64,000 nucleotides of DNA, from NCBI RefSeq assembly GCF_009914755.1, contig NC_060932.1; one strand, 5' to 3'. A program made the translations under genes and the position numbers. Under the pieces are notes generated by a model that ran no database searches, was not told where the DNA came from, and saw nothing but the letters and a program-made list of their open reading frames with translations. Position 1 is the first letter of the stretch, and the number at the start of each line of letters is the position of its first letter. This document shows positions 59,540-64,000 of the stretch, piece by piece. This DNA is from the human T2T-CHM13v2.0 reference genome, Homo sapiens.

Positions 59540-59807
59540 AACAGTATCATAATTGGAACTCCATGTGTGCAGGAGTATACATTATGCTTTTGTTTACTCT
59601 ACTGACAATACAATTAATGTCAATTATAGGCACTTATTCAATAACACAGATCTTATGCAGCTCCAAACAAATACTGGACACCCTTTAGAGTTTCCAGAAC
59701 CTAGGATTCTAATGCAAACTCCTACCATTATCTGTAATTAAGAGACTATTCATGGAACCCATGTGTTCAGATATCCTGACAATTTTTCTAACCATATTAC
59801 TTTAAAC

Positions 59808-60130
59808 CAGCACTGTTCAATAGAACTATAATGCAGGCCACAGGTGGGAGGTACATATGCCATTTTAAATTTTCTAGTAGCCACATTTAAAAAGTAAAAA
59901 GAAACACATCAAATTACATTGCATAATATATGTTATTTAACCCAATATATCTAAAATATTATTCCAAAGTAATGGATACAAAAAGTATTAATATAATATT
60001 TTACATTTTTGTTTATACTTTGTCATTGAAATCCAGTTTGTATTTTACACTTACAGCACAACCCAATTCAGACAAGTTACGTTTCAAGTGCAGAGTAGCC
60101 ACAGGCAGCTAGTGGGTGCCAGACAGTGCA
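59808..60130. mobile_element. MER33-like hAT element
   Basis: CAGCACTGTTCAATAGAACT...TCTAGTAGCCACATTTAAAAAGTAAAAAGAAAC. Confidence 0.8.
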
Positions 60131-60938
60131 GGTCTAGGCCAAGAAATGTTCCTGATACAAAAACTCCAAATATCAGAAACTATTAGTTATTAACATACAG
60201 ATCAAGGTGATAATTTATTGTAAAAATATGAAACACTGAGTGTTGTTTTAACAGCATATCATTATTTCCTTTCCTTCATTTTACATTTTATATTCTAGCT
60301 TCCAAAAGCTATGTAATAAACCAAAATTTAATGTTCCTGCTTTATAAGTAAATTTTTCTGATGCATTGCTTATAAAGCCACCAGAGAACAAATACTCATG
60401 ACTGCTCAGAGGAGTATTTGATTAGAGCATTTACCTTGTCACAGAGATAAATAGCAAGATATCCTCTGCTTCTGGAGACTAGCCAGAGGACATCAGAGGA
60501 CAAGAAAAAGTCTATTCTTCTCACATGCATAATCTTGTTATTGAAAATAACACAGGAGATTCATAAAGCATTATGAGTATCTGATGTGATGAAGCAGTAA
60601 ATGTAAATTGGCTTTCTTTAATAATATTTATTTGACAATTATAATAATCTGGCTAAAAACAATCTGGGGATTGTTATTACAAAGTCAACTCTTAAGTCTT
60701 TTTTTCCACTGAAGTTATTTTAAGTAGAAGAGGGCTTTGAGTTGTGTTGACCTGATGGTGAAACAAATAAAAGTATAAAATTCTCTATTGGAATAAGAAA
60801 AGCAAAATGAGTTGCAACCTTCTAATCTTTTTTCTCTCAGTCCCTGACCAGCTGGCTAGGCCATTTGCCATGGCTCCTGAGTCCATATGTGTTTTACAAG
60901 TTCAGACAGTTTTTCACTCCACAAAAAGCAGACGAGCA

Positions 60939-61185
60939 TGAGCCCAGGGGTTCAAGACCAGCCTGAGCAACATAGTGAGATCCAGTCTCCACAAAAAAAT
61001 TAAAAGAGAAATAAGCTGGTCATGGTAGCACATGCCTATAATTCCAGCTAATTGTGGGGCTAAGGTGTGAGGGTCACTTGAGCCCAGGAGGTTGAGGCTG
61101 CAAAGAGCCATGATAGTGCCACTGCACTCCAGTCTGGGAGACAGAGTGAGATCTTGTCTCAGAAAAAATAAAATAAAATAAAATA
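60939..61185 (+). mobile_element. AluJ, 5'-truncated
   Basis: Starts mid left arm; (TAAAA)n tail. Confidence 0.88.
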
Positions 61186-61189
61186 GAAT

Positions 61190-62040
61190 AGCAGATGACA
61201 GGTGCCTGCCTGGATGTTCTGCCTGTGGTGGGAGGTTCTCCCATGGCCACCTTTCTGGGCTATCCCTGAGTGCTGGCCAATATAGCACCATCCATTTTCT
61301 TCTTACGCACACATTCCAAGCCAATGCACCCATGAACAAACCTTGGGATTCTTCCTTCTCCATCAGCTGCTCTTAGGGATCTCACTGGGTGGCAGGTGAG
61401 CACTAGGGAGAGGCGATGGTATGGCAGGGGCATATGACATGGGGCCAGGGCTTCCTACTTATGCAGCCTCGGGGAACACAGCCAGTTACTGCCAGCAGTC
61501 AGGTACTCTATCTTAACCTGAGCCCAGTATCAAGCCTGGAGCTGTTTATCAAAAGGCCTATAATTCTCTGCTGCATATGACACAGCCTTGACCTAGACTC
61601 CTAGGCATCTGTGTAGTGATTTTCTCTGTGAGTATTACCATAAATGCCACACAGCATTTATGGTAACAACTCCAATGACTTCACTATGGTTCATTTATGG
61701 TAATGACTCCAATGACTTCACTATGATAGGCCAAGTCAGCTAGGTCATATGACCCAAGTGGCAAGGCTATGTGTCCTTTAGCATGGATGTCTGCTTCTGA
61801 GGCCTCTGCTCTTTTGGCTCTTCAGAGATGACCCCCTCTGTGTCCCCTTGTGTGAAGGATGGAACGGTTTTATTAGATGTGAAATATGCTGTCTTTAGAA
61901 CCTGCCAAGGCCTACCAGACACTGTGCTTACTTCTTAGAGGCGGGAGCAGCATGGTATATTGTAGTTCCACTTAGTCATGAATCCCATGTGCATATCATA
62001 CATGGGGGACCTCTGAGCTCTGTGTTCTCTTCCATTGATC
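61190..62040 (-). mobile_element. ERVL/MaLR internal (pol-derived) fragment
   Basis: Reverse translation ENYRPFDKQLQA*YWAQ resembles the ERVL pol NYSPFEKQLLACYWAL-type motif. Confidence 0.65.
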
Positions 62041-63046
62041 TGTGAGGCTATCTGTGATCCACACAGTTAGAACTTCACCCTGTTCTAACTGCCGCGGCTT
62101 TGTAAAAATTCTTGATTTCCAGTAACATAGGTCCTCCTACCTTGTTCTTTTTCAGTCATAATTGGACTATTCTTGGCCCTTTACACTTCCATATAAAGTT
62201 TAGAACCAGCTCATCAAATTACACATGCACACAAATACACATGCACAATGGTTTTGATTAAAATTGCTTTGACTGTATAGATCAGTTTAGTAATAAATGA
62301 CTTATTTAAATATTGAATCTTTCACACAAATAGAATTCCTAAAAAAAAAATAAGTACTTTTTCCTTTTTCCCCAATAATCAGTTTCTGCATAAAGGTGTT
62401 ACACATATTTTGTTAGTTTTACTCCAAAGTATTTAGTATGTTATGCTACTGCAAGTGGCATCTTTTGATGTTTTTTTCTTATTGTTTGTTACCATTAAGC
62501 AGAAATTAATTCTGTATATTGACTTTATATAATTATAATCTTGTTTAAATTATCTATTAATTCTAATGATTTATCTGCAGATTCTTTTTAATTTCCTTTG
62601 ATTCTCTTTAATTTTTAAGGTTCTTTTTATATGTAATCTGTGAATAAATAATAGTTAATTTTTCCCTTCCAGTCATTATACTTTTATTTCATTAATTAAG
62701 TTGTTTATTTGCCTTACCACACAGGTTAGAATCACCAATATACAATGTTTTTAAAAGTGATCATACTGAGTCATACTTGTGTTTCATCATGGTTCAAAGA
62801 GAAAGCTTTTAACATGCCACAATGAAGTTCTTTTATTCAAAGATTTGAGTTAGTGGTGCTCCCTGCTTTACCTAGTGTGCTAATAGGCTTTATTATGACT
62901 GGATGTTGAATTTTAACAAATGTATTTTCTGCATCTACTGAAATAATCATATAATTTTTTCTCATTATATTTTTTATGAGGTGAATTTTATTTTTAAATA
63001 TGAAATTAACCTTGCATTTTTAGAAACAAATCCAATTTTATTTTAA

Positions 63047-63722
<676 letters not shown>

Positions 63723-63964
63723 TAGATTATATTTTGACTAGCATTTTGCATCACTACTCATCAGTGGTATTGACTTGTAACTTTTTTTATGATAAAGTGT
63801 TGTCCATTTTTAGTGTCTGCATTATGCTGACCTCGCATAATATGTTGGGAAGTTCTCTTTCTTCTGTTTTCTGGAAGAATTTATTTTTTAAATTGGCATT
63901 ATTCTTTTAATAAGTGACAGAATTCACCAATACAGCCTCTGGCCTAGAGTTTGCCTTGTAAAAC

Positions 63965-64000
63965 TGAAACCACCTTTGCAAAATCATAACTGAGAAAATT
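63965..64000 (+). mobile_element. Start of an LTR8A-like ERV1 LTR
   Basis: TGAAACCACCTTTGCAAAATCATAACTGAGAAAATT. Confidence 0.65.

Overview
Primate (most likely human) genomic DNA, dominated by interspersed repeats: Alu J/S/Y, old L1M and younger L1PA copies, L2/MIR, MaLR/ERVL/ERV1 LTRs, Tigger1 and hAT MER elements. I see no intact protein-coding gene, RNA gene or CpG island. The main non-repeat signal is a chain of about 10 minus-strand exon remnants between ~31 kb and the left edge. They have AG/GT boundaries, mostly matching splice phases and protein-like translations, but carry many premature stops and frameshifts. This looks like a decayed, intron-containing (unitary-type) pseudogene that I cannot name; parts of the reconstructed protein resemble Dbl-homology (DH) and PH segments. 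Plus-strand exon-like segments overlap it in antisense. Several local rearrangement scars are also visible: an inverted templated insertion in Tigger1, an L1 twin-priming inversion with a hairpin junction, a hairpin plus tandem duplication, a TSD-less AluY, and an Alu TSD that duplicated a splice donor. Repeat subfamily calls are from remembered consensus sequences and have approximate boundaries.
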